DNA of 64,000 bases, taken from the NCBI GenBank assembly GCA_951812755.1, contig OX638329.1, positions 6,003,107-6,067,106 of the forward strand. The letters run 5' to 3'. The notes beneath the pieces are model-generated. The model was not told the origin of the DNA. It did not search any database and saw only the letters and a program-made list of their open reading frames with translations. A program made the translations under genes and the position numbers. Of this stretch, positions 1 through 9,370 are shown one piece after another. This DNA comes from an uncultured Latescibacterota bacterium. GTDB lineage: Bacteria; Latescibacterota; UBA2968. How positions within the stretch are numbered: position 1 is the first letter of the stretch; the number at the start of each line of letters is the position of its first letter.

Positions 1-1074
1 CATCATGGACTCTGGGACGGATGGATGGATCACTTGAAGGCCACGGGACCGTGGCCAGGAGAGAAACAGTGGAATAAACTGCGGTGTAAGAGCATGACAG
101 ATATAGGGGACCACTCGTCATGGCGCAACTACATTGGCGTAGTTTATGCCGATGGAAATGCCATGGGACAAATTGTCCAGGCACTCAATTATCCAGAGAC
201 ATTTCGACAATTTAGCGAAATTGTTGATAATAGCATCCGGCAAGCATGTTTCACCGCACTCAGTCAAATTTTCCAAGCTGAAATTGAAAAAATTCGGGAG
301 ACTTTTGAGCAAAACCGCCGCTTTGGACACCTTGCCGCCGACATTCTGCTATTGGGAGGAGATGATTTGCTGGTGGCCGTACCAGCTGACTCTGCACTCG
401 ATTTCGCCTTGAAGGTCACAGAAGAGTTCGAACGCTTGACACAAGAGAAAATAGCTGCCCTAAAAGATGCAGAATCTCGGCAATTCTTCCGCGACCATCT
501 TGGTGATCGGGGTTTCACAATTTCTTGCGGTGTTGCCATAGCAAAAAGTAACTATCCCTTTTACCTGTCATTGGACCTGGCCGAGCAATTGTTGAAAAAT
601 GCCAAACGGAAAGACAGCTATGGGGCACAGCTCGAAACACCTGGTGAAGCTCGCATTGACTTTCATGTTGTGACTGGTGCAAATAGCCATGCACTCAAAG
701 AGGTTCGTGAAGAAACCTATCAGATATCAAGCATTGCACGCCGCACGCTCAGACCCTTGTCTTGCTCCCAGTTGGAATTACTGCACAACAGTGTACAGAA
801 GCTACGCAACGTGAAATTTCCACATAGCAAATTACACGAACTTCGAGAAGCGGCACTGTCAAAAATGGTAAATCAAGCCGACTGGCGCGTTCGCGACATT
901 TTCGTCCGGTGTCGGCACGATCGAAATAGCTCTGAACGTCGTGCATTGTGGCAAGCGGTGCAAAACCTGTGTCCCCAGGGATATACGTTTGATTTCCCCT
1001 GGTTCATAAAAAATGACCAACGCCTTATGTGTGTAGCAGACATAGTGGATATTTACAACTTATTCCGAAAATAG
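1..1074 (+). CDS. cas10: Cas10 large subunit, C-terminal part (Palm2 cyclase plus C-terminal helical domain) of a type III-D-like module. The 5' end is cut by the window edge.
   Basis: Frame 1 is open from nt 1. VVYADGNAMGQ motif is followed about 65 aa later by LLLGGDDLLV (GGDD at 355-366). RAMP genes follow directly. Confidence 0.85.
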   Translation, partial: HHGLWDGWMDHLKATGPWPGEKQWNKLRCKSMTDIGDHSSWRNYIGVVYADGNAMGQIVQALNYPETFRQFSEIVDNSIRQACFTALSQIFQAEIEKIRETFEQNRRFGHLAADILLLGGDDLLVAVPADSALDFALKVTEEFERLTQEKIAALKDAESRQFFRDHLGDRGFTISCGVAIAKSNYPFYLSLDLAEQLLKNAKRKDSYGAQLETPGEARIDFHVVTGANSHALKEVREETYQISSIARRTLRPLSCSQLELLHNSVQKLRNVKFPHSKLHELREAALSKMVNQADWRVRDIFVRCRHDRNSSERRALWQAVQNLCPQGYTFDFPWFIKNDQRLMCVADIVDIYNLFRK

Positions 1075-1088
1075 AGAGGAGTTTATCT

Positions 1089-1829
1089 ATGAAACCCCAA
1101 CGCCTGGATTTGTGCTACCACATTATTTGGCAAGGACGTTGGCATGTTGGCAGCGGCTATCAGTCGGCAGTAGCGGACCGCTTGTTGCGACGACTACCCA
1201 ATAATGCACCATTTGTTCCTGGCTCTCAGATCAAAGGTGTTTTGCGCCATCAATGCGAGCGGTTGGCATTGGCCCTTGGGCTCGAAGTGATCAATCCTCA
1301 TGCTGGCATTGAAGAAGACGAAAAAAATCTGATCAAGCATTTTACGCCGTTAAAAAAATCGGACCTGATGGTCGATAGATTATTTGGCAGTCGCTACCAG
1401 GGAGAGTGCCTGTTTGTGACGAATGCAGTGCCGATGTCGTCTGAGGTGGAAAGAGCGACTTCCGTACAGGCACGCACAGCCATTGATCGCGTCACGGGGA
1501 CTGTGATGGAACAACATTTATTCACAACCGAATTGACAGAAGGTGATGTCAACTTGCAGGGAAAAATTCGTGCACGGCATCCTGCTGGTGTTCTGACGCA
1601 GGATGAAGATAGCTTTCCGTATGAGTATGACCTTCTGATAGCAGCCCTGCTGTCGCTGGACGCTCTCGGCGGTGACAAGAGTCTTGGCCTTGGGAGGTGT
1701 AAGGTCCAAATCGAACCAGAGTCGTTGTATTGGAACGACAAACGCAGATCGTTAGATGAAGTTCTTCAGAGTTTCCATAATGAACCTGAAGAATGGGGCG
1801 AGATGCTGAAAATACTGCGCGAGGAGTGA
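1089..1829 (+). CDS. Cas7-family RAMP (Csm3-like)
   Basis: GAGGAG RBS before ATG 1089. Motifs HVGSG, FVPGSQIKGVLRH, LFGS, AIDRVTG and G-rich loop GGDKSLGLGRCKV. Confidence 0.75.
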   Translation: MKPQRLDLCYHIIWQGRWHVGSGYQSAVADRLLRRLPNNAPFVPGSQIKGVLRHQCERLALALGLEVINPHAGIEEDEKNLIKHFTPLKKSDLMVDRLFGSRYQGECLFVTNAVPMSSEVERATSVQARTAIDRVTGTVMEQHLFTTELTEGDVNLQGKIRARHPAGVLTQDEDSFPYEYDLLIAALLSLDALGGDKSLGLGRCKVQIEPESLYWNDKRRSLDEVLQSFHNEPEEWGEMLKILREE

Positions 1830-1834
1830 ATATC

Positions 1835-3073
1835 ATGAAAAAATTGCCTGTAACAGCAAAATTGCTTGCACCAGTGGCTATCAAACGCGATCGGCAATCT
1901 GAACGCTCTGAAAGTGTGCATTCTATAGCTGGGACGATGGTTCGCGGTGCCATAGCGGCTATCTATTTACAGCAACACGGAGAAGTAGATGATACCTTCA
2001 ATCATTTGTTCCTGGATGAGAACTCATGTCGATTCGGGCCATTGGATCCCGGCCCAAATTGCTTCCCATTAACTGCCGCAACGTGCAAACGGGAAGGGAT
2101 AGAGCATACTCTGGTGGACCAACTATGGTTTCGTATCGCCCAGCACCACCGGGCTGGCAGTGTACCCAATAATGCCGAAACGCCATGGCGTCAATGTGAT
2201 ACATGTGAGGCCGATTTGCAGAGCCTTAACGGTTTTTGGCAAGCAGAAAACGGCCATCCGCGGGAAAAAAGTAATGACCGGCAGCAGGTCGCCGCCCATG
2301 TTGGCATTGACCGTCACACCACCACTGCGGCGGAATCAATATTGTACACTCTTGAAGCCTTACAGCCTTCCGGACAAGAGGAAGACCTGTATGGCTGGCT
2401 CTGGGCCGACGACGATGCGCTTACTGCCTTGAAACAACTCTTGCAGAATGAAGATTATCGCATCTCGGTGGGCCACCATCGCACGCGCGGTTACGGAGAT
2501 CTGCACTTACAGTTGGGCAATCCTGTGAAGAAGAATGATTCGCAGCCATGCACAGAAGATTGGGAGCAATGGAACCGCGACCTGATTGCGTTTCTGAGTT
2601 CACCGCCACTTTCCGTTCCCGATCTCGACCCAGATAATTTTTACTTTAGTTTGTCGTTTCCCACTGGCGCAGTATTTGTGGACCGCTTTCTGTGTTATAC
2701 TCTCGATCCAGCAGACCTGATTTCATGGTTGCCGCCTATGCCTTCTGCCGATGCCGCGTTTCCAATTCAGAATCGTCCGACCCGACAACTCGCATCAGGG
2801 GGCACAATGTGCTGGATCGCTGCCGTAACCCGACATGAGCGTTTGCGCGGCTGGAATGCGGCTCACGGCTTGCCGCGTCAGGATGAATGGGCCACAGCAC
2901 GAGGATCAGTCTATGTTTACCGCTTTACAGGCACGGCCACAGAACGCGAGGAACTCATTGAACAACTTGCAACCTTGTCCGAAGAAGGCGTCGGTCTGCG
3001 GCGCAATGAAGGCTTTGGCAGGGTGATCGTGTCCGATAATTTCCATCGCCAATTTTGCAAACAGGAGGTGTAA
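1835..3073 (+). CDS. Csx10-like Cas5-family RAMP
   Basis: RBS GAGGAG, ATG 1835. IAGTMVRGAIAA near the N-terminus, C-terminal G-rich loop NEGFGRV. Size and position after cas10/cas7 match type III-D csx10. Confidence 0.6.
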   Translation: MKKLPVTAKLLAPVAIKRDRQSERSESVHSIAGTMVRGAIAAIYLQQHGEVDDTFNHLFLDENSCRFGPLDPGPNCFPLTAATCKREGIEHTLVDQLWFRIAQHHRAGSVPNNAETPWRQCDTCEADLQSLNGFWQAENGHPREKSNDRQQVAAHVGIDRHTTTAAESILYTLEALQPSGQEEDLYGWLWADDDALTALKQLLQNEDYRISVGHHRTRGYGDLHLQLGNPVKKNDSQPCTEDWEQWNRDLIAFLSSPPLSVPDLDPDNFYFSLSFPTGAVFVDRFLCYTLDPADLISWLPPMPSADAAFPIQNRPTRQLASGGTMCWIAAVTRHERLRGWNAAHGLPRQDEWATARGSVYVYRFTGTATEREELIEQLATLSEEGVGLRRNEGFGRVIVSDNFHRQFCKQEV

Positions 3074-3078
3074 TCGTG

Positions 3079-3495
3079 ATGGTCTTGAACAGCGATTTGA
3101 TCCAGAAAGTTGATCGCTACATTGACGAAAACCATAAAACGTTTTCAGAATTAGGAGATAGTTTCTTTGATGTATTTAGCTATGACAAAGGGAATGACCG
3201 CATCAGTACGCAAATTCGGAATCTGCAACAAATTACCTGCTCCGCCACGCGCTTTGCGGATATTGAGGATTTCGTAAAGAATCAGATGGGTAAAGAAAAA
3301 GAAGTCAAATGGAAGAGAGTTGGAGACAGCACTTTAAAAAAATTAAAGGAGTTGCGCGACAAAAGCCAGGAATTTGATTCCGATCCCGCTAACCAGATGG
3401 CACTGCGTCTGCGTCTCGCTCGTGGTTGGGTGCGTGCCGTAGTCAGTCAGTATCTCTATCGCGTTGCATGCGATCAAATGGGAGAGAGGTCATGA
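3079..3495 (+). CDS. Cas11-like small subunit, paralog 1
   Basis: AGGAGG RBS. About 138 aa, helical. ISTQIRNLQQI resembles the Csm2/Cmr5 signature seen in csm2 of this window (TTSQIRNVFGEV). Confidence 0.55.
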   Translation: MVLNSDLIQKVDRYIDENHKTFSELGDSFFDVFSYDKGNDRISTQIRNLQQITCSATRFADIEDFVKNQMGKEKEVKWKRVGDSTLKKLKELRDKSQEFDSDPANQMALRLRLARGWVRAVVSQYLYRVACDQMGERS

Positions 3496-4013
3496 CAGGC
3501 GTTGATTTACTATCTGATACCACCTACTGTGAACAGGCTGTTCGACAACTGGATCAACTATTGGGCGACATGAATCAATTCCCCGTAAAGCGCACGCAGA
3601 TCTACGGCCTGCGACAAATCGCCCGTCAGGAACCCAGAGAAGTTCAAAGATTTGCCAATCATCAGCGCGAGCGTGCCCAGCGCAAGCAGAAAAACGCCTC
3701 CGAAAACACCAAACCGAGATACCAGCCAGAAATCGATTTCTGGGCTCTGGTGGCCGATTTGTGCAGCAATTCGAGTTCTAATTGGTCTGTGGAAGAGGAA
3801 GGACACACCCACCTTCCGGAAGAACTACAAAATATTCCGGCAAGGCGAAAAGGCATGTCGCATGAGGAACAACGGTATTTAAACGAACTCAAGAGACATA
3901 GAAGGGAATTACTCGAACAATGGACAAACGAGCATATTCCAGCGTTTTTTGAACGGTTTTGTACACACGCTTTGTACCGCCTGGGAAAGCAAAAAAACTC
4001 GGAAAAGGAGTAA
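3492..4013 (+). CDS. Second Cas11-like small helical protein, paralog 2
   Basis: ATGA start/stop overlap with the previous gene. KRTQIYGLRQIA motif. Charged helical protein of 173 aa. Confidence 0.45.
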   Translation: MTGVDLLSDTTYCEQAVRQLDQLLGDMNQFPVKRTQIYGLRQIARQEPREVQRFANHQRERAQRKQKNASENTKPRYQPEIDFWALVADLCSNSSSNWSVEEEGHTHLPEELQNIPARRKGMSHEEQRYLNELKRHRRELLEQWTNEHIPAFFERFCTHALYRLGKQKNSEKE

Positions 4014-4016
4014 AAC

Positions 4017-4874
4017 ATGACGAATGACAATGCATTGGCTGCCGGTTTTGGATTGCAGCAAAAGATCCGCCTTACCACATTTCTTGTGTTTGACACTGCC
4101 TGGCGCATTGGCTCTGGTAAAGAAGGCGAAACCATGAGCGATTTGGGTGTGGTACTTGATCCTATAAGCCAACCAGTGCTTCCCGGTTCCTCTCTCAAGG
4201 GAAAATTGCGAAGCACCTGTGAAACCCTGTCACATGCGCTTGGATTGAGAGCCTGCATGTTGAATTACGAAGCAAGCGGTGTCAAATGTACAAGTGATGT
4301 GAATTACTATCACAATGTTCGTGGAACATATCAGGAAGCATTTCAAAAGGGGTTACGGGATCGCCTGCAATGGATTGAGGAGAACACCTGCGATGTGTGC
4401 AAGCTGTTCGGATCCCCAATGCAGGCAAGCCGGCTGTGTATAAGTGACGGCATGCTTAAAGAATGGGCGTCCGTTGTGCAGGTACGCGATGGCGTAGTAA
4501 TTGACCGCGATAGCCAGACGGCTGTCAATGGTCTCAAATACGACTATGAAGTCATCCCGTCCGGTAGCCGATTTGAAATTTGTATCGATCTCGAAAACCC
4601 AACGGACCAGGATATGGCCTTACTCGGTGCTGCTCTGTTTGAATGGCACTCTGGCAGCAGCATTGGGGGCTTTACAAGCCGTGGCCTCGGGCGCTTTCGT
4701 CTGGAGAATATTCAGCTTGCCGGTGTTAATATGTCCGACAGTGAGCAACGGATGAAGTTCCTGACTGCCACAAAGACTGAAGATCGCCTCAGCGATTTGG
4801 GTGATTGGGAAACCTACTTTACCGGACATATCAAACGGCAACTCTCGCCTGCCACCGAAATTGAGGAGAATTAA
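4017..4874 (+). CDS. Cas7 RAMP (Csm3/Cmr4-like)
   Basis: WRIGSG, LPGSSLKGKLRS, CDVCKLFGS, VRDGVVIDRDS and G-rich loop GGFTSRGLGRFRL. Confidence 0.85.
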   Translation: MTNDNALAAGFGLQQKIRLTTFLVFDTAWRIGSGKEGETMSDLGVVLDPISQPVLPGSSLKGKLRSTCETLSHALGLRACMLNYEASGVKCTSDVNYYHNVRGTYQEAFQKGLRDRLQWIEENTCDVCKLFGSPMQASRLCISDGMLKEWASVVQVRDGVVIDRDSQTAVNGLKYDYEVIPSGSRFEICIDLENPTDQDMALLGAALFEWHSGSSIGGFTSRGLGRFRLENIQLAGVNMSDSEQRMKFLTATKTEDRLSDLGDWETYFTGHIKRQLSPATEIEEN

Positions 4875-4876
4875 CC

Positions 4877-5836
4877 ATGTTGCGGAAATGGCTTTGTCAA
4901 GCTGATGTAAAAATCGCCATCGAACCGGTTGATCCGGTATTGATTAAGAGCGGCTATGCTACCAGGGATGGGGCAGATATGGTGCCTGTATCAACGTTTA
5001 GAAACGGTGAGAGAGTCTATTACTTTCCGGGCACATCCCTCAAAGGCGTGTTGCGTAGCCATTTGGAACGGATAGCTCGTACCTTGCAGCAAGGTAGCGT
5101 GTGTATTCCCTACTATGATCCAAAGAAAGACATTTCTATACCTGTTGCAGCGGAACTGCACTCCCATGGCTGTGGGTTTCGTTCACGAGGGGGAAGGAAT
5201 GGAGAGGCTGCATCGGCCAAGTACGCGGATTCGTGCGCTACGTGTCGAATGTTTGGTTCACTGAAATTTGGCGGACGTTTTAGCATTGGCGATGCCTACC
5301 CCTTGCGGGATTATGAACCCACTTTAGAAGCGCGCAACGCGGTGGGTATTGACCGTTTTACAGGTGGATCGGTATCAGGTGCTTTATTCGATCTGCAAGT
5401 GCTGGTTGGCGGTAAATTTGAAGCAAATCTGCGGTTGACAAATTTTGAACTCTGGCAATTGGCCGCTCTCAATTTGTTGTTTGCCGATCTACAAGACGAG
5501 ATGATTACCATTGGTTCGGGACGAAGTAGAGGACTCGGGCGCGTGCGCGGCACTGTCACTTCGTATTTTCTAACATACGTGCGGGAGGGGAGTCATCTTG
5601 AAGGTTTATACCAACTCGCAACCCCGGAGGAACAGCAAGCCTACCGGCTGCACAACTGGAAGCCCGACAATCCGATTGAGCTATCAACGCCAGAGTCGCA
5701 TGGCTTGCGGCAGGAATACGATCTGAGCTCTGATTGGCTCCAACATTTGCAACCGCTCGTTCCAGCCTTTGAGGCATTTTTACGGTGTCACGGCGGACCT
5801 CAAGGACAGGCATCCGGACAGGGGGATAGGTTATGA
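4877..5836 (+). CDS. Cas7 RAMP (Csm3/Cmr4-like)
   Basis: FPGTSLKGVLRSH, CATCRMFGS, AVGIDRFTGG, IGSGRSRGLGRVRG. Confidence 0.85.
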   Translation: MLRKWLCQADVKIAIEPVDPVLIKSGYATRDGADMVPVSTFRNGERVYYFPGTSLKGVLRSHLERIARTLQQGSVCIPYYDPKKDISIPVAAELHSHGCGFRSRGGRNGEAASAKYADSCATCRMFGSLKFGGRFSIGDAYPLRDYEPTLEARNAVGIDRFTGGSVSGALFDLQVLVGGKFEANLRLTNFELWQLAALNLLFADLQDEMITIGSGRSRGLGRVRGTVTSYFLTYVREGSHLEGLYQLATPEEQQAYRLHNWKPDNPIELSTPESHGLRQEYDLSSDWLQHLQPLVPAFEAFLRCHGGPQGQASGQGDRL

Positions 5837-6426
5837 CTGCCTTCTTAAAAACGGCGGATTTGACACCAGATCAGTTTCTCGATCTGATTACCAATCTCAA
5901 CCAGGATGACACACCCCAGCAACGGATCTGGCTGGAAGCACCTGATGGTTGGGCCTTCAATTGGTGGTGCGGCCTGGCTGGGGACCTCTGCTGGTGTGGT
6001 GCAGGCCGAGAGCCGGTTGAAAAATCTGCCCGTGATTGTCTGCCCCAGTCCACCTCCGGGCGATTGTTTGCGCCTGACGGTGAACTGCGCTGGCGCGTTA
6101 TTCCCTCTCTGGGGGAATCGTGCTGGCGTACCGTTTTCCTCGGTAACGCCGATTGGGTGGGTACTGCATTGGACGACTACTCAGATAGACTACATGATCT
6201 GCATCCACATCAGGACAGCTTTTTTTTGTGGGGCCAACAAACCGATGAGACGCCGGATGAGTGGATTGAATTACGCATCCCGCATCGCTTTCGCTATCCG
6301 ATTAGTGATAATCCTCGCAGTGTAAGCGTTGTGGTTGAGCAGTGGAACGACGATGCCAGCGAGCCTCACTTTGTCCGCTTGTGCGATCTCAAACCCTATC
6401 AGGAGAACAGTGATGCCGCAAGGTGA
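5833..6426 (+). CDS. Type III-associated protein of unknown function, in the position Csx19 occupies in III-D loci
   Basis: ATGA overlap with the upstream cas7. 197-aa Trp/Cys-rich protein with no motif I can name. The Csx19 assignment rests on position only. Confidence 0.45.
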   Translation: MTAFLKTADLTPDQFLDLITNLNQDDTPQQRIWLEAPDGWAFNWWCGLAGDLCWCGAGREPVEKSARDCLPQSTSGRLFAPDGELRWRVIPSLGESCWRTVFLGNADWVGTALDDYSDRLHDLHPHQDSFFLWGQQTDETPDEWIELRIPHRFRYPISDNPRSVSVVVEQWNDDASEPHFVRLCDLKPYQENSDAAR

Positions 6427-7501
6427 AAATTTCTGGAATCCTTATCGCTGGGTTCCCATCAGCGATCAGCCTGTAGAATACGGCGATCTACCTTATCAAC
6501 ATGTAGTGAGCGATCTTTCCGGCCGTTTCTGGTGCGAACTCGAAGCTCTGACGCCATTTATCGTCGGTGACGGACATGGGGTGTTTGTCGAGCATTCCCA
6601 TAATTTTCGTCCTTACATTCCGGCCACTTCGCTTAAGGGTGCAATACGTTCTCTCGCAGAAGTCATCGGCAATGCAGCCGTGCCGTTTTCAAATGTTTCG
6701 GTAGATAGCCAGCATGCACTGACGCGGGCACGCAACAACTCAAAACTTGACACAGTAGCCAGAACATTTGGCTATTTGGATCGTGGCAATGTCTTCGCTG
6801 GCTTGATACGCTTTAGTGACGCGGAAATCACCGAAGAACCGCTACCGCCAAACCGATGGCCAAAGTACGATGTCGCTGTCGGTCAGCCCAGACCGAGCCA
6901 TACCGCGTTTTATCCGGGGAAGAATCAACGCAAGTTCTATCACCATCGTCCCGGTGCCACACAGCTTATTGCACCACACGCTGGGATTAAGACGACTAAC
7001 GTACAACCTGCACCTCCCGGCACGCGCTTTAGCTTTACGGTGAATTTTGCGAATCTACGCAATCCTGAACTCAATTTGCTGCTCTACTGTCTGATGCTCG
7101 AAGAACAGGTCGCTGTCACGCTAAGCCCTGCGGCACTGGGTCGTGACGAGGCTGAAGGATCAGTCACATTAGATGGACCGTTGCGCCACAAAATGGGAGG
7201 TGCCAAACCTCACGGTGCTGGTTCTGTGCGTATTCGTATTATCAAGATGGAGTTGTGTGCAGATGCGATGGCACGTTATCGGGGTAGTGATACTGTCGAA
7301 ACATGGGAAGCAGAAGACCTTACGAATGAACTCGAAAGTCGTACCGCATCATTTCGGGGACGTACCGATCAAACCATGCAAGAATTACGCGCCATGTTGA
7401 TCTACTCTCTCAATGATCCCAGAAAGCCGATTCAGTATCCGACCTATGGATGGTTTCGGAATGGAAACAATTCAGGCAGGCAGTTAAAACCTACAATATA
7501 G
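6413..7501 (+). CDS. Large RAMP protein (Cas7-like, possibly the III-D TIGR03986-type or Csm5-like subunit)
   Basis: AGGAGA RBS, ATG 6413. IPATSLKGAIRS, TFGYL, G-rich loop MGGAKPHGAGSVRIRI. Confidence 0.7.
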   Translation: MPQGENFWNPYRWVPISDQPVEYGDLPYQHVVSDLSGRFWCELEALTPFIVGDGHGVFVEHSHNFRPYIPATSLKGAIRSLAEVIGNAAVPFSNVSVDSQHALTRARNNSKLDTVARTFGYLDRGNVFAGLIRFSDAEITEEPLPPNRWPKYDVAVGQPRPSHTAFYPGKNQRKFYHHRPGATQLIAPHAGIKTTNVQPAPPGTRFSFTVNFANLRNPELNLLLYCLMLEEQVAVTLSPAALGRDEAEGSVTLDGPLRHKMGGAKPHGAGSVRIRIIKMELCADAMARYRGSDTVETWEAEDLTNELESRTASFRGRTDQTMQELRAMLIYSLNDPRKPIQYPTYGWFRNGNNSGRQLKPTI

Positions 7502-7516
7502 TGGAAGGAATTACTC

Positions 7517-9352
7517 ATGAAAACAGAGCCAGACCAGGCGTCGGGTGTGCCGCATATTTTATTGACCAGCCTGGGGACCAGAGCTATTGCAACGAAATAC
7601 CAGTTGGATGACCGAACAGTTACCGCTTCGCTTACCCCGCTGGCGTTGGTGCAACTTCTTGACCCGTCGGAGCGGCCCAATCGCGTTGTCGCGATGGTCA
7701 CGGAAGGAGCCAGGGGTGAAACATGGGAACCCTTCAAAAATGGAATCTGTAAGACCCTCGATTTTGAACCCCAACTCATTTCGATACCCGATGGTAGTAG
7801 CAGCGAGGAAGTTCGTCAGATTCTCGAAAAGGTGGCTCAGGAAATTCCAGAAGGTGCAGAACTCACGCTTGATGTCACGCAGGGGATGAGACACTTCCCA
7901 TTCATCTTCTACGCACTGGTGCTCTACCTCACATCGCTTCGGAATGTAAAGGTTCGCGGTGCGTACTATGGGATGATCGAAGGAACTTCACAAGACTCGC
8001 CCAGACCCATCATTGATTTGCAGCCATTACTCGCATTGCCAGAGTGGTTCCATGCCGTGCGGGTGTTCCGTGATCAGGGGACGACCTCGGCAATGGCGCA
8101 ACTCCTTGAGCCGTTGGCAGAAAAATTGAAGCAGGAAACCGGGACACTGTTTAAGGCCGGGGATAAGAGTGCTGGTCAAAAATGTAGCGCGCAACTCAAG
8201 CAAGTTAAAGATGCTGTTGAGTTGCTGGAAAAGCATGCGTTTGCTTATGAGTCTGCCTTGCCACTGGAATTGGGAAAGGCCAGTTTGCGTCTCATTGATC
8301 CGATTAGGAAAATCGCTGGCATGGATACCGCCAATCTTCCACCGCTTTTTGCCGAGCTAACGGATACCATCGTTGACGTGGCAAAAAAAGCGACTTTTAC
8401 AAACCCGATACCCAACAAGGGGGTATGGAAACAAAACATCGGTTTGGATGAGAACGAGTTGAAGCGTCAAGCTCGTATGATTGATTTGTATCTGGACCGC
8501 GATCAACTCCCGCTGGCGGCTGGTCTGATGCGCGAGTGGGTAGTCTCCTGGCTCATCATGCAGCACTCAGACCAGCCCCAGGACTGGTTGAAGCATCCTG
8601 TACGCCAGAAATATGAGCGAAGGCTGGGTGCGCTTGGAGCATTAGAGAAAGATCCGTTCGTTACGCCAGAAGGTTCTGACGACATCTATCTCGAAGAAAA
8701 CGATTTTGGAGCATTAGAGAGAGATCCGTTCGTTACGCCGGAGCAGCGAGATTTCGGGAATTTCTGGAATCAACTGACACAACAGTTGCGAAATGCTCTG
8801 CACCACCATGCCATGCGCGAAGAGGCCCTCGAAGAGCCACCCAAACCCCTTGAAACGGTTCGGCATTTTTGGAATAAACTAAAAGCTGGAAAAATAGACC
8901 TGCCACAATTGGGCGGTGGTGGTGGCCGGCTGTTGCTTTCACCGCAGGGAACGCGACCGGGCGTATTGTTCTCAGCATTAAAGGTCGCCGAACCCGATAC
9001 CTGTCTGGTGATTTGTTCAGATGCGTCGGCGGATAGTATTCCCAATGCTGCCAGCCGTGCTGAATTTGAAGGTGACATTAGGCGGATCGAATTGGCAGAT
9101 CCACACGGCGGTTTTGCTGAAATTGATGCAGCAGCAGAACGTGTCCGTCGCGATCTGTTGAATGCCGATGAAGTCCTGGCCAATATGACCGGTGGTACCA
9201 CACTGATGGGCCTCGTTATCCAACGTCTGGTCGAAGAGGCACAAAAGCTGGACCGCACGGTGCAACGCTTTGCCCTCATTGATCGCCGTCCGCCCACCGA
9301 GCAAGACGGCGATCCGTTTGTGCAAAGCGACTGTCACTGGCTTGACGGCTGA
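7517..9352 (+). CDS. csx1: Csx1-like CARF-HEPN effector with an extra C-terminal CARF-like domain
   Basis: N-terminal ILLTSLGT and a DxTHG-type motif DVTQGMRHFP. HEPN-like RNALHH (R425). C-terminal LLLSPQGTRPG ... NMTGGTTLMG second CARF-like unit from about aa 470. Confidence 0.7.
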   Translation: MKTEPDQASGVPHILLTSLGTRAIATKYQLDDRTVTASLTPLALVQLLDPSERPNRVVAMVTEGARGETWEPFKNGICKTLDFEPQLISIPDGSSSEEVRQILEKVAQEIPEGAELTLDVTQGMRHFPFIFYALVLYLTSLRNVKVRGAYYGMIEGTSQDSPRPIIDLQPLLALPEWFHAVRVFRDQGTTSAMAQLLEPLAEKLKQETGTLFKAGDKSAGQKCSAQLKQVKDAVELLEKHAFAYESALPLELGKASLRLIDPIRKIAGMDTANLPPLFAELTDTIVDVAKKATFTNPIPNKGVWKQNIGLDENELKRQARMIDLYLDRDQLPLAAGLMREWVVSWLIMQHSDQPQDWLKHPVRQKYERRLGALGALEKDPFVTPEGSDDIYLEENDFGALERDPFVTPEQRDFGNFWNQLTQQLRNALHHHAMREEALEEPPKPLETVRHFWNKLKAGKIDLPQLGGGGGRLLLSPQGTRPGVLFSALKVAEPDTCLVICSDASADSIPNAASRAEFEGDIRRIELADPHGGFAEIDAAAERVRRDLLNADEVLANMTGGTTLMGLVIQRLVEEAQKLDRTVQRFALIDRRPPTEQDGDPFVQSDCHWLDG

Positions 9353-9370
9353 GTGAGATGAGAAGTTGAG

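Noticed and set aside
1089-1829. Considered whether this 246-aa RAMP could be the missing Cas6
   Set aside because: Its motif order (HVGSG, PGSQIKG, LFGS, IDRVTG, terminal G-rich loop) is that of Csm3/Cas7 backbone subunits, not Cas6.
3662-4258. 198-aa minus-strand ORF
   Set aside because: It is antisense to the Cas11-like and Cas7 genes, which are translationally coupled on the + strand.
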